NCBI GenBank assembly: GCA_950097015.1
Contig: CATNEN010000024.1
Span: 2,170,001-2,234,000, forward strand
DNA: 64,000 nucleotides
Reading direction: 5' to 3'
From: Macrostomum hystrix
Lineage: Eukaryota > Animalia > Platyhelminthes
How positions within the stretch are numbered: the first letter of the stretch is position 1; the number at the start of each line of letters is the position of its first letter. Below, in pieces: positions 48,301 to 59,089 of this stretch. A program made the translations under genes and the position numbers. Under the pieces are notes generated by a model. That model was given only the letters and a program-made list of their open reading frames with translations, was not told the DNA's origin and ran no database searches.

Positions 48301-48988
48301 CTGAGAGAATTTTATGAGCGACCCTGAGGATCTGAGACAATTTATGAGCGACCCTGAGGATCTGAGAGCAATTGTGGATCACCCTGAGGATATGAGAGTA
48401 TTGTGGATCACCCTGAGGATATGAGAGTATTGTGGATCACCCTGAGGATATGAGAGTATTGTGGATCACCCTGAGGATATGAGAGTATTGTGGATCAACC
48501 TGAGGATATGAGAGTATTGTGGATCACCCTGAGGATATGAGAGTATTGTGGATCACCCTGAGGATATGAGAGTATTGTGGATCACCCTGAGGATATGAGA
48601 GTATTGTGGATCACCCTGAGGATATGAGAGTATTGTGGATCAACCTGAGGATATGAGAGTATTGTGGATCACCCTGAGGATATGAGAGTATTGTGGATCA
48701 ACCTGAGGATATGAGAGTATTGTGGATCACCCTGAGGATATGAGAGTATTGTGGATCAACCTGGGGATCAAAGAAGGCCCACATAGCCTCCGTGTTTGTC
48801 CCTCTCCGCAGTTTGTGCTTCGCAGGCGCACCCAAGGCAGGGCGGCTCTGCCACACGAGACCGGCAACTACGAGACCATGTCCAATGCCAGCCAATCCAG
48901 CGGCTACGACAACTTTCTCAACAAAGTGTACGGCCCGGTGGAGGAAGACGTCTACGACAATATCGCCCAGCCCAGCTCCAACGCTTGA
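42309..48988 (+). CDS. Mosaic type-I membrane protein (~1143 aa): Cys-rich modules, 3 thyroglobulin type-1 repeats, WAP, atypical Kunitz, Thr/Ser/Gly mucin-like repeat, SEA-like domain, TM, Tyr-motif tail
   Basis: Model join(42309..42345,43363..43592,43877..44024,44123..44195,44342..44714,44907..45056,45323..45834,45917..47151,47274..47370,47582..47744,47830..48066,48812..48988), 3432 nt, phases consistent. TY1 motifs: YMPSCTEDGAFAPIQ..WCVD, PSCQSSG..WCVKQDG, YEPRQC..CFCV. WAP: CPKQ..CRNRC....CPSGRQVCCNSGCGLEC. Kunitz: RRWGYD..CRPFWYAGSGGNNNRY..EC. SEA-like: LEPGSILV. TM: VVGIVAGVCITVIVVAVSGVLIAFVL. Confidence 0.8.
42489..43349. repeat. 16-bp minisatellite (CTCATTAACCCTCTCG)n with 15/16-bp variants
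   Basis: Seen directly; fills most of intron 1 of the mosaic gene and ends ~12 nt before the acceptor. Confidence 0.95.
46532..46885 (+). repeat. Coding 39-bp tandem repeat (13-aa unit GGSAGAASTTT[K/R]S), ~9 units
   Basis: Seen within ORF 45996-47198; probable O-glycosylated stalk (inference). Confidence 0.9.
48175..48770. repeat. Compound intronic minisatellite: 30-bp (TGAGACAATTTATGAGCGACCCTGAGGATC)n changing to 29-bp (TGAGAGTATTGTGGATCACCCTGAGGATA)n at ~48365
   Basis: Seen directly; the units share CCTGAGGAT.TGAGA; lies in the last intron of the mosaic gene. Confidence 0.95.
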
Positions 48989-49526
48989 ACAATATAAAAA
49001 GCGTAATGGAAAGTCTGGAGGATGTGAAACAGATTTTTTAAATCGATAACGAGCACAAACAAATAATCTTTCATTAATGCTTCATGAACTTTAACTTGTA
49101 GATATTTTTCTAACGACAATTTGTGACAAAAAGCAGTACAACAGGTGCCTATCGAGACCTCGTTTAAATACACTAATTAATAAGTTTTGAAACATGGAAA
49201 CTTAAATTCTTAGTTGTGGTACAATGGAAGCTTGTCTTGTGCTCCACCTGTTGGTTGCAAAATGTCCAATTAAACATTTAGAAACTACTGTACATCGTTT
49301 GATTAGCAATCATTGTCGCTTTTGTGCACTCGGTGATAAAATCATATTTTTTAAAGAGCTATATTATTTTTTGTTTCTTTTTTTGTCTGGAGATCCTAAT
49401 CTCAAACCAAATGCTAAAACTCTAATATATTTAATCAAGGCTATTTATTGTACGTGATTAAGAAAAGTAAAAACATTATTGCTCTTACTATGTTATAAAA
49501 AGTGTAATTGTGCATGTTTATGTTCA

Positions 49527-51389
49527 TCTATATATATAAAAGTGAAAACTCTGTCTGTCTGTCTGTCTGTGTGCAACCTTTTGTCTTTATAGACGCCGAA
49601 ACCGCTCAACCAAATCGCACCAAACTTTGCACATACCTAAAACCACCTACGCTGAGTGCAATAGGCTACTCAAATTCCCGAAAAATCATTTCCTTCCTGC
49701 TCAAAAGTGCAAAAAACTGCTCAAAAATCGTCAAAAAATCACTCAATTCGACATATCGTCGCCCCACTTTGTCAGATTTTCTCCAAATTTGATCCACTTA
49801 CACTTTACATGTTTTCCAACAATGCTGTCAATTTTGAACATCTCTACTCAATCCAGAGCAAAGCTGCATCATCTCAAAGTGAGTCACTTTTTGTTTTCCG
49901 AGGACAGCCACCCCAACTCCCCTCCGCCACTCTGCGGGCCAAATTTTATTACAGCCACCCCCTCCCTTCCCCGGGCGCCGAAGCCCCAGACTGTACATTG
50001 TATTTCAAGCCGTGAATGTACACAGCCCAAACCCCTAGACTGTCTACTGGCCCCCAAGCAGCACTGAGACTGAGTGTGGTGAGTGCGGTGGCGTCCCAGT
50101 GCGCAGGGCTCTCCGGTCGATATTTCTCTCCAGCCAGCCTTGGATAGAAGAAAGAGAGAGGCCGCTCAAAGGCCACAGGACACTACTCTTACTGCTTTCT
50201 TCAAGTTGTGCGCTGAAGACCCCTTTGCCAGGACTTTGCTGTACCACCAGGTGCCTGCCTATTACACACGGAACGCCTCTTCGAAAGGATGGAAGCGGCG
50301 GGTTCAAGGCGCTGCAGTTCCGGGCCATCCTGAAATACGACAGACTGATGCATTAGCCAGAGTGTACACGGTGCACCCAAACCACCGTGAATGCTACTAC
50401 CTGCGTATATTGCTAACACACCGTGATTGGTCCGACGTCATTTAGACACATTAGAACGGTGGAAGGCCAGACCTGCCAAACTTTTCATGAAGCATGTCAG
50501 CGACTGGGACTGCTGGAAGATGATGCTCAATGGAGAGCGACATTGGAGGAAGCGGCAACGGTGCGCTCACCAAGTCACCTGCGAGATCTCTTTGCCATCA
50601 TGGTTGCCACCTGTGGTCTCTCTGATCCACTTCAGCTTTGGGAAACATTCAAAGAACCCATGGCCGAAGACATTCTCTTCCGGGCGCGATTCGTGGCTCA
50701 GGAGCCAGAGTTGCCATTCACAGAAGCAGTGTTTAACGAGGCCCTGCTGCGCATTGAGGACAAGGTGCTGGAGTTGACCGATCGCTATCTAGATTCTTTT
50801 GGACTCCCAAAAGCAAACAGGACAGGACAACAGGACAACCTGTGCAGGGAGATGCTGCGAGAAAGAGGCTATGACCAGGAGCAGCTGGGACAGTTCATAG
50901 AGGAGAATGAGCCCCGACTCATGCCTAAGCAGCTAGAGGCGTACCGCGAGCTATTGCGCAGAGCCAGTCGCAGCACTGGCGCCCCTTTTCGGCCGCTGGC
51001 GCCCCTTTTTCAGCTGCTGGCTCCCATTTTTCAGCCGCTGGCGCCCTTTCTTGGCTCCTGGCGCCCTTTTTCGGCCGCTGGCACCCCCTCTGTGATTCTC
51101 ATGGCGCTCCACTGACAGACCGCCCCAAAACAAAATTCCTGGATCTGCCACTGACTGTATAGAGGAGTGGCTAAGAGACATGTTTCTAAAGAAGTAATCA
51201 AGAGGGGGCTGTTTGGACAAACTTTTCACTTATTTTTTACTTAAAACGCCCTTAAACAAACTCTTCACTTTTCATTAATGCAGTAAATAAATAAATGGTG
51301 ACCTTCACTATAAAGTTAATACAGAGACGTGAATTGCTTACTGCTTTGCTTTAAATTTCTGCCCCAAAAACAACGGGCAAAAAAGCTAG
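49527..51389 (+). mobile_element. Internally deleted Helitron with a Rep/Hel fragment
   Basis: 5' A|TCTATATATATAAAAG...(TGTC)n; 3' hairpin GCCC..GGGC then CTAG|T (51386-51389), inserted between A and T. Frameshifted protein TTLTAFFKLCAEDPFARTLLYHQVPAYY...RVYTVHPNHRECYYLRILL / GPTSFRHIRTVEGQTCQTFHEACQRLGLLEDDAQWRATLEEA is the typical Helitron pre-helicase region; no Walker A motif. Confidence 0.92.
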
Positions 51390-51798
51390 TGTTTTTATAA
51401 ATATAAGTTATAGTACATAACATTAGGGGGTTTGACTGAGCGGTTTGTCAAGCAGCAGCTTTTATTGGTAAATAAAACGCCCGATCCAGTTTATTTAAAT
51501 AATAATATAGCTAGCATCATTGCGATTTCATGTACTAAGTTAATTACAGATTAACACAACACAGCCGAACACCAGATGATATACATAAGCTATTACACGC
51601 CAACAGTAAGCTACAAAACCCTAGAAGATGTATCATCTCTTTCGATATCAATGACAAGAGGATGTAAATGTAAGCATATTGCGCTAATAGCCAGACAATT
51701 TTTGTCAGAGATCGAAATCACGACCTGCAGACAATCATTGAGGAGCATGAACTTGAGTCCGCATCGTTAATTAGTTCAATAACAAGCCACTTAGAGCC

Positions 51799-52767
51799 TC
51801 ACTGCTGTTTGAAGAAGGAAGCCTGCGATTGACCAAAGAAGCCGGACTGCTTGCTGGCCGAACGAGATGGCGCGAAGCCCAGCAGCTTCTGCACGTTCTG
51901 AGGGTTTAGGTTTAAAGTAGAATTTCTACGATATCTGGACTGGTTTGAATAGATACTACTTGTTAGGAGATTTGCATTTTGAAAAGCTGAAACGGCCCTT
52001 TTACGGACGGTGTGTGACAACTTTGCGAGTGCTTAGACTTGCAGAAAAAAAGGGAGATTTCGGTGCCAGGGATGCAACTTAAGCAAGACACTTAAAATAC
52101 CCATTGCCATAGCCACATTAGCTGGGGTAGCGATCTGGATGGGTGTGGCCGCCAAGCCAGTCCACAGACTGAATATTGGAAGCGCCAAGCAATCGCTGCG
52201 GCTGTGCCACTGGCTGCATACCTGGCTTAACTGCAATAAGTAAGTTTTTATCCAGCTTCTAAATTTCTAGAATGCTTGCATTTTAGAAAGGCGCATCAGT
52301 CTCACCTGGCGCACAGACATTGTGCAGATGACATAGAGGAAGGTGAACGAACAGTCGCTGTAGTCGTCGCCAAGCAGGTTCCGGTGCGAAATGCCCTGCA
52401 GCAGCGAGACGGGCACGAATGGCAGCTTGGCCACCACTCGGCCATCAAAGATGGAGTTGAACATGGAGAACAGCGCGGTGAACACCAGGAATATGGCCAG
52501 CATTGACTTCATGTTAACAAAGGACAGATCCCTATTGAAACTCTTCAGTCGCTCCTCCTGCTTCTCCAGCTTCCGCTTGGCGCTCTTGTCGCTGAGGTCG
52601 GCCGCGCTGGTGTCTTTGCGCTTTTCTAGTCGCCGACTCTGCTTATCAACCTCGTCGCGCAGCTTTTTGTACTTTTCAGTTCGGTAGACCAGCAGCCAGG
52701 TGAGACCCTCGCCAAGGAAGGCGGTGAACACGGCCACAAATAGGATCACTAGAGTGGACTCCAGCAT
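51799..52767 (-). CDS. TMCO1: TMCO1 (ER Oxa1-superfamily / Ca2+ load-activated channel), 186 aa
   Basis: join(complement 52306..52767, 51799..51897): FLGEGLTWLLVYRTEKYKKL...FDGRVVAKLPFVP...SHRNLLGDDYSDCSFTFLYVICTMSVRQ|NVQKLLGFAPSR, the characteristic TMCO1 sequence. Confidence 0.96.
52060..52240 (+). mobile_element. Decayed headless SINE family 1 relic in the TMCO1 intron
   Basis: The minus-strand read has GCACAGCCGCAGC, CAGTCTGTGGACTGG, GCCACACCCA, CCCAGCTAATG and TTAAGTGTCTTGCT in the same order as the plus-strand read of copies 1 and 2, so it is in the opposite orientation. Confidence 0.55.
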
Positions 52768-53139
52768 TGTGGCACACTGTGCTCTGAAGAGATAACACTA
52801 TACATTTATAGCGATGTATAAATAAAAGTATTAATATAGCAGTCAAAAACACTGTGTATTTCAATCATAGCATTCCTCAGACAGCTGCTAATACCAACAC
52901 CTCAATATGACAACTGTATAGACAGAAATAATCTTGACAACTTGGCCAACATTTTTATCATACAAAGCAACTAATACATAAATTCCAAAGAAGTGTGCTA
53001 ACACTGCTTTTTGTTGCATTGAACTATGTGCTAGCAAAAAAATAGTTAGCTGAAACAAGACAAGCAACTAGTTGGGATGAGTGAGCCAGTAATGGCCAAG
53101 AGGAAGCCGAGCTCTTGGTGATTACGGATGCGATATCTC

Positions 53140-54050
53140 ATCTTGATAAGATGTAACCAACGTGTCGGGATAGGAAAGCACGTTTTTCAACTTTTAACGC
53201 TTTTGCCCAGTTGAACCGATTTGGATGCGGCTTTTTGCAAAACATATAAAAGACTTGGGTCTATGTACTGAAGTGAATGGTTGCCATGGCAACCAAAAAC
53301 ATGATATTTTTGGGCATGACAAAAAATTGTCTCTCGGCGCTTTTCTCGGCATTTTATGGTGTCGCCAAGTGACTCTATCCAGTCGATGCGGGCTATAGAA
53401 GCCTACAATGATTTGATATGATTTTTTTCTTGCTGACTCATCTTCTGGGTCAAAGGGTCAAAAAACGGGTTTTTGAGGTTGAAAAAAATGTGCATGTTTT
53501 TAAACTTTGACTTGCTGGGTCGTAACCCCAGCACATGGGCCTACTTGATGGTGAAGAAATTTTTTGAACGTGTACTTTTGTGATTGAAAAAAATTTGCAC
53601 TTTTAAAGTTTTAAAAGTACTTTTAGTACAGGGTGCACTTTGGGCGCCTCTATGGCACAGACATGTGACTTGAATTGCATTTCAACACATGTCAACCAAC
53701 TTTCTTGGGTGTCGCCTATACGACAATGTTGGTTTCAGACTGATTGGATATTGTTTACCGAAGATGTGGGTAATTAAATCCCCAAAAAGTGATTTTGGTC
53801 ATTTTTAGTCATTTTTCGAGGTACAAAACTGCATGGCCAGAACGTATTTGGTGTGCGATTCGAATGCGGCTTCAGTTTTTAGAAGCGCAACAGATGTGCG
53901 CACAAATTGTATATTTTGGATTTTCTAAGCATCCACTTGCCCCGAAGGTGGATGCGAAAATCCCAAATTTTAACTAATGCGATGAGCAGCTGCATTAGTG
54001 TTGGAAAATTCGATTTTTCGAAATGGAAGGCACATTGCAGCAATTTTGAC
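53140..54050. repeat. Probable unclassified non-autonomous element
   Basis: Composition and phrases such as TTGAACCGATTTGG and CCATGGCAAC resemble non-autonomous invertebrate repeats; no termini or second copy seen. Confidence 0.25.
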
Positions 54051-54214
54051 ACCCGGGGCCTATGCCAATTTCATCGTTCCACATAGCATGAAAATTTGAG
54101 TTGTCTATGGCTTACTTTCTCGTGTGAATGTTTCTCTGTTTTGCATGTTTTTTATGAGGCTTCGCTCTTTGGACATTATCTCTCTGCCGCAATTCCACTC
54201 GGCCAATCTGACAA

Positions 54215-55100
54215 TCTGACAATCAGACGCCTGTAACGAATTCCTGCGTCTTGGAGGAAGAATCAATCATTTCTCGGCCATTGAAACGGACGACCTGTCT
54301 AAACTGCACACCTACTTCGATCGGAGCAGTCCAACCAAACTTCAGGATGAAGTGTATTTCAGTATTCTATTTTATTTCGGTAACCGGGGCCGCGAATGGC
54401 TCAGAGGACTGACTGCAAAGTCGTTTTCTGAGAAGCGTCTGGCTGAGGGATGAGTGGCCATTGTGCTTCAAGTTGGAACCAGTAAAACTGTCCATGGATC
54501 AACGGATTTGAGGCAGAGCGACGACCCAAAGCAAGCAATCATGGTGGCCGGGTCCGATCAGAAATCGTGTCCCGTTGAAGCCTTTCGCATGTATTTGCGG
54601 AAGATCGAAGCAGTGCCTGGATGGAACGGTTCGGACTTTTTTCTGCGACCGAAGCAGCTCGTTGGCTCGAATGGCCTGTGGTATACGAAACAGGCAATCG
54701 GAATCAATACGCTTGGACCAATGCTTAAGCGGATATCTTCCAGTGCCGGGCTGTCGAGAAGCTATACGGCGCACTGTGTTCGACCCACTGTAGTCACTGA
54801 GCTCGCGAAGCTGAATATTCGACAGAATCTATCGCCAAGGTGACTAGACACAAGGTAATTTCTACGTGCTATTTCTGTATTTTCTTGTCTATCTTAAGCC
54901 GCACAATTAAATGCTTTAAATATGTGAGATTTTTTATATATACTCTCTCTTGCATTCTTAAATATTTGAAACAGGCGAGCGCCTCAGTAGAGCGGTACAT
55001 CAGACGGAAAAAAGAGAGTCAACATTCTTGTCAAGGTGAGCAGCCAGCTGACCGAGTCTCTCGCCGGTCGTGCGCCACCAGCACTGGGAGGCTGTAGCGT
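54215..55100 (+). pseudogene. Crypton-type tyrosine recombinase (DUF3504-like) pseudogene with a spliceosomal intron
   Basis: DACNEFLRLGGRINHFSAIETDDLSKLHTYFDRSSPTKLQDEVYFSILFYFGNRGREWLRGL; in-frame TGA 54451-53; CPVEAFRMYLRK..WYTKQAIGINTLGPMLKRISSSAGLSRSYTAHCVR; frameshift ~54825; IAKVTRHK, GT-AG intron 54855-54974, then ASASVERY (Tyr 54996-98). Confidence 0.85.
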
Positions 55101-55933
55101 CAAACATCCAACCGCAGCTGAGGCACCGGCCAAACAATTTTCGAGTGGCGCCTGCGATTTGCGAATTGCCGGTCCGGCTAAGAAGATGAGGATAGTAGCC
55201 AACGGTTCCAGCAACGTAGTGGAATTCTTTTTTGAGTAAGGTTGTGTGACTCCTTAATTTGTTACCGAACACAACATTTTTGCTGTTGAGCCCCCCCCCC
55301 ACATTTTTGCTTGCTGTCTTATTTGTTGAAGTTTATATATTTGCAATCCTAATTAGTCTTTTTCATGTTAAGTTTTGTTAAGGTTATTGAATAAATACAA
55401 CAAAATAATCAAATACATATAAATAAATTGTTTGCGTGCAGGAACGGAGAGTGTCATTCCTGCACGATGTCCATGTGTAAAACAGTGGAGATTTGGCCAT
55501 AGATTATTTCATTCCTGCACGACTGCCTTCATTCCCGCACGCAGACTCAAATAAGAATGTAATATTGTCTTTTGACCATAGACAAAGTCATTCCTGCACG
55601 GTTTTCGAGAAACGATAAGAAGAGATGAAAATTGAGGGGAGAGTTTATAGAAAAGTGTATAAAGCTTATTGACTATAGCGTCTGTAATCGACTCGGCTCT
55701 GAATCCTCCATTAAATGATTTTCGCTACGTTACGGTTACGGATTAAGTGGCGACGAAATGTTTATTGAAAGTGTGTCCAGCAACTTTGAGAGGACGGGCG
55801 ACGATTTGACTGCATTGATAGCGGATTGCACGTTCAGCGAGGAATTAGAGAAACTTTTCAGCTCGGATCCGGAAACCTTGTGTAACCTTGACGAATTGGA
55901 AAGTCTGGCCGCTCAACTGGAACGCGACAACGA

Positions 55934-56460
55934 ATGTTGCAGCATGGGGCAGCCATCGCCCAGTGGCAGCCGCCAGGCACGACGCATATTGCTGCGGCCG
56001 GTGCTTGGTGCAGCAGCTTTACCGCGGAGCTCACTGCCATCAGCGAAGCCCTCCGCCAGGCCATCGACTGTCCCGACGCCCCCCCCCGCAGTGGTGTCAC
56101 CATCGCGTCTGACAGCCTCAGCGCGATCACCGCCTTGAGCAGCGGCCCCTGACGCAGACCGACCCGGCTGCAGCCGACTGTTGGAATCTCCTTTTGCAGC
56201 TCGATCGGCTGGATCGCAAGGTGAGGTTCTGCTGGATCCCAGCGCACTGTGGCCTCTCTGGCAATGAGGCGGCGGCCAGAGCGGCAGACCTCGACCAGCG
56301 ACAGGTCCCGCTACCGCTCAGTGCCGCCAGGACCGCGACACGCCACTCCAGACACGCTCTTGATGAGCTGGTGGTCCCGACCCACTGGAAAACACCGAGC
56401 CACCTCCCACGCCGCCTACAAGTTATCGTCAACCATCTCAACCAATAACATAAATAACAT
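55934..56460 (+). pseudogene. RNase H fragment of a non-LTR retrotransposon (I/R1-group style), 5'-truncated
   Basis: CSSFTAELTAISEAL, VTIASDSLSAITAL, stop/frameshift at ~56150, then VRFCWIPAHCGLSGNEAAARAA. First catalytic Asp absent, last Asp >Ala; short AACATAAAT repeat tail. Confidence 0.8.
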
Positions 56461-58974
56461 AAATGTACTTGTACACTAGGCCTATGCAAGTTTGATTAGT
56501 TAAATGCAAGCTATTTCTCTAAATGGTTATAGGCCATTTAGAAACAAATAGACTAAGTATTTGTTATTTAGGTTTGGAAAAAATTGAATAGCCTATCTCT
56601 AACCCTAATCTAATGCTTATGTTAATACCTGCTTACCATATTAGACAATGATTTAGTTAACAAAGTATATAATGCAAGAATTAGGCTTTGTAAGTTTTAG
56701 ACTGTTTTATTTGTAAATTTTAACATCAGCATGAATTTTGCTGTAGATACTATTTACATAGACACAAAAGTAATTTTTTTGTTTAATTATTTTGTGCTGA
56801 AATCCAATATTTTTGTCAATAATAAACATTTCATTAAAAGACAAAGTTTAAAGCATTGGCTTCTAATACTCAATGCTTCTAACACTCAATACTTACTTGA
56901 TTACTTACACAAACACAAGAAAATGTAATGAACAAAAATATTTTTGTATTTCTGCTAAAAACAATAAACTAACAAAATACATAAGTGCCTTTGCTTGTTA
57001 TCAATATAAGTAGGGACTCCAGTGAGTGAATAAAAAATGGAAAAAATGAAGAAACAATAGAAATCAATGCAATGTTCTGAAGAAAAAAAAGAATTGAAAT
57101 ATTTTGGATAGAAAAGAAAGCTTATCATCAATAGAAAGAAGATAAAATTTACTTTCCAACGAGTTTTTCTACGCTACAATAGGTGCAATAACAAGAAAGT
57201 TATATGGTGCCAAAGTGTGTTATTTTAAAAAAAAATTATCATGTGATCAAAAAGTAAAAAAATCAAACATACATAGATTTTGAAAATTTAAGTTATGTTT
57301 TGATACTGAGTCGAACAAAGTAAATATTAAGAAAGAGAATATAAAATTCTATAAAATAAAAGTAATTATTTGTTTAAAAAAATTCCTTATAAATTTTCTG
57401 TTTGAAAGTTTCATCTTTTGTTTTTGACCATTGTTTATAGTGTTTTCCAAGTGTATCCATTAAAATTTTACATAGAATTTTATGTAGAATATGATATACA
57501 CAAACCTTTTTATTTTACTTTACTTTAGCGGAATCTCCCAGAAACATGTTTCTCTAATGTACCCCCTTTACGCATTTCAGATGGCTTTTGCAATTGACTG
57601 CAAATAGTAAATTGATGTCTATGTGATGTCTATTTGTTAAGCTATGGAATAGGTATGGCTTTGCCACTTCTTTAAAGCCAAAAGAGTTTTATTGTAAACA
57701 AATAAACATGTTTGTCAGCATACTAATCCTTTTGAATGTAAAATTGAAATTTAATACTTTAATACTGAGTGTTAATAAAAGTTATATATCTATAGTGCAG
57801 ATAACAAAAAATGAACTACATGCTTTTGGAATTTTTATAATCCATTAAAAAAATACAAAAGTTATTGATTTTTTTTGTTTTCAAGTCAAATCTATCCGGT
57901 TATCTAGATCACAGCCCCTAAATGGGAAAAATACAGCTACAAAACAACTAAAATGTTGATCAAAAAATTGTTATACATTTTTATTACTTAACCAATTTTG
58001 AAGAGTGAGGTGCCTTTTAACTCAGACAAGCAGGATCTGTAACACAAAAAATATAGAATTTTTTATTTTTTATTTCTCATTGGAGCCCCTAATATAAGTG
58101 TCACCTGATTCCATCACATATACTAGAACACACAAATTAAATACACTAATACACTATTCTAGGGCCAAGTATCTGTGGATTTAACTAGTTAGCCAATGTT
58201 GTTTATACATTTTAAGGTAAGATTTATCAATGTCATCTAAGTAGTATTTACTTTATATTAGTATTTCAAATGATTAAATTATACAATGTATATGAGAACT
58301 GGAATTTATATCCTAATCAAATACCACATCCTGGAATAATACATAATTAGGCCTATTACTAGAAATTATTCCATTGGGCTCTGTCAGCCTGCCAACAAAT
58401 GCATAACTATAAGTATAAAGTATAAACCAAGTAACTCATTTACAGCTTAAATTAGTAAAATGTCTTTCTTCCTCTCTGTTTCTAGACCTGAAGCTATGGG
58501 ACAATATCCAAAATTTCTAATTTTTAATAAAAACGATAACGTTACAAGTAGCTAAGCAAGTGCCAATCAGATAGTAGGCCTGAAAGTTCTAAACTAGCTA
58601 GCAAAATTAGGATGCATGACCAAACATATAATAAATATAAAATAATAAAGGAAGTTTTACTTAAAATAAGAGTAGGCCTACATATTAAAATACTTTATGG
58701 AATTTAGAATAGGTCATTTTAATAGCCAGATTTCATATCAACGCTTTCAACAAGTATTTAAAATCGATCCGAAATTTTACATTATAATAGTCTTAAAAAA
58801 TCGATCTATATTTTGCTTTGTTTTTTGAACAGCAGTGTTGACGACTCTTAGGCTTAGGCTACATCGAACATGCGCGACAGTCGCCTAATAGGCAACTCCG
58901 AACATGTTCTTTTAAATTAATAAGGCTACTTAATGTATATTAATAAATTATTAACATGAAGAAAAAACTATGCA

Positions 58975-59089
58975 TTCCTTGGCATGAGGTCAACAAACAA
59001 GACAGAGTTAAACCATGTGTGTGTGTGTTAAACCATACTAGACATAGTATGGGTTTAACTGTCTTGTTTGTTGACCTCATACCAAGGAA
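58975..59089. repeat. ~115-bp hairpin / mini-MITE with ~40-bp arms
   Basis: TTCCTTGGCATGAGGTCAACAAACAAGACAG..GTTAAACCAT pairs with ATGGGTTTAACTGTCTTGTTTGTTGACCTCATACCAAGGAA; inner hairpin CCATACTA-GACA-TAGTATGG. Confidence 0.85.

Noticed and set aside
23645-52767. Apparent cluster of ER/secretory-pathway genes (MTP, cornichon, TMCO1)
   Set aside because: They are spread over 29 kb among unrelated genes with no shared regulatory motif seen; coincidence is sufficient.
55745-55760. TGGCGACGA resembling a tRNA-Ser PBS
   Set aside because: Not preceded by a CA-ending LTR, and the following ORF is not gag-like.
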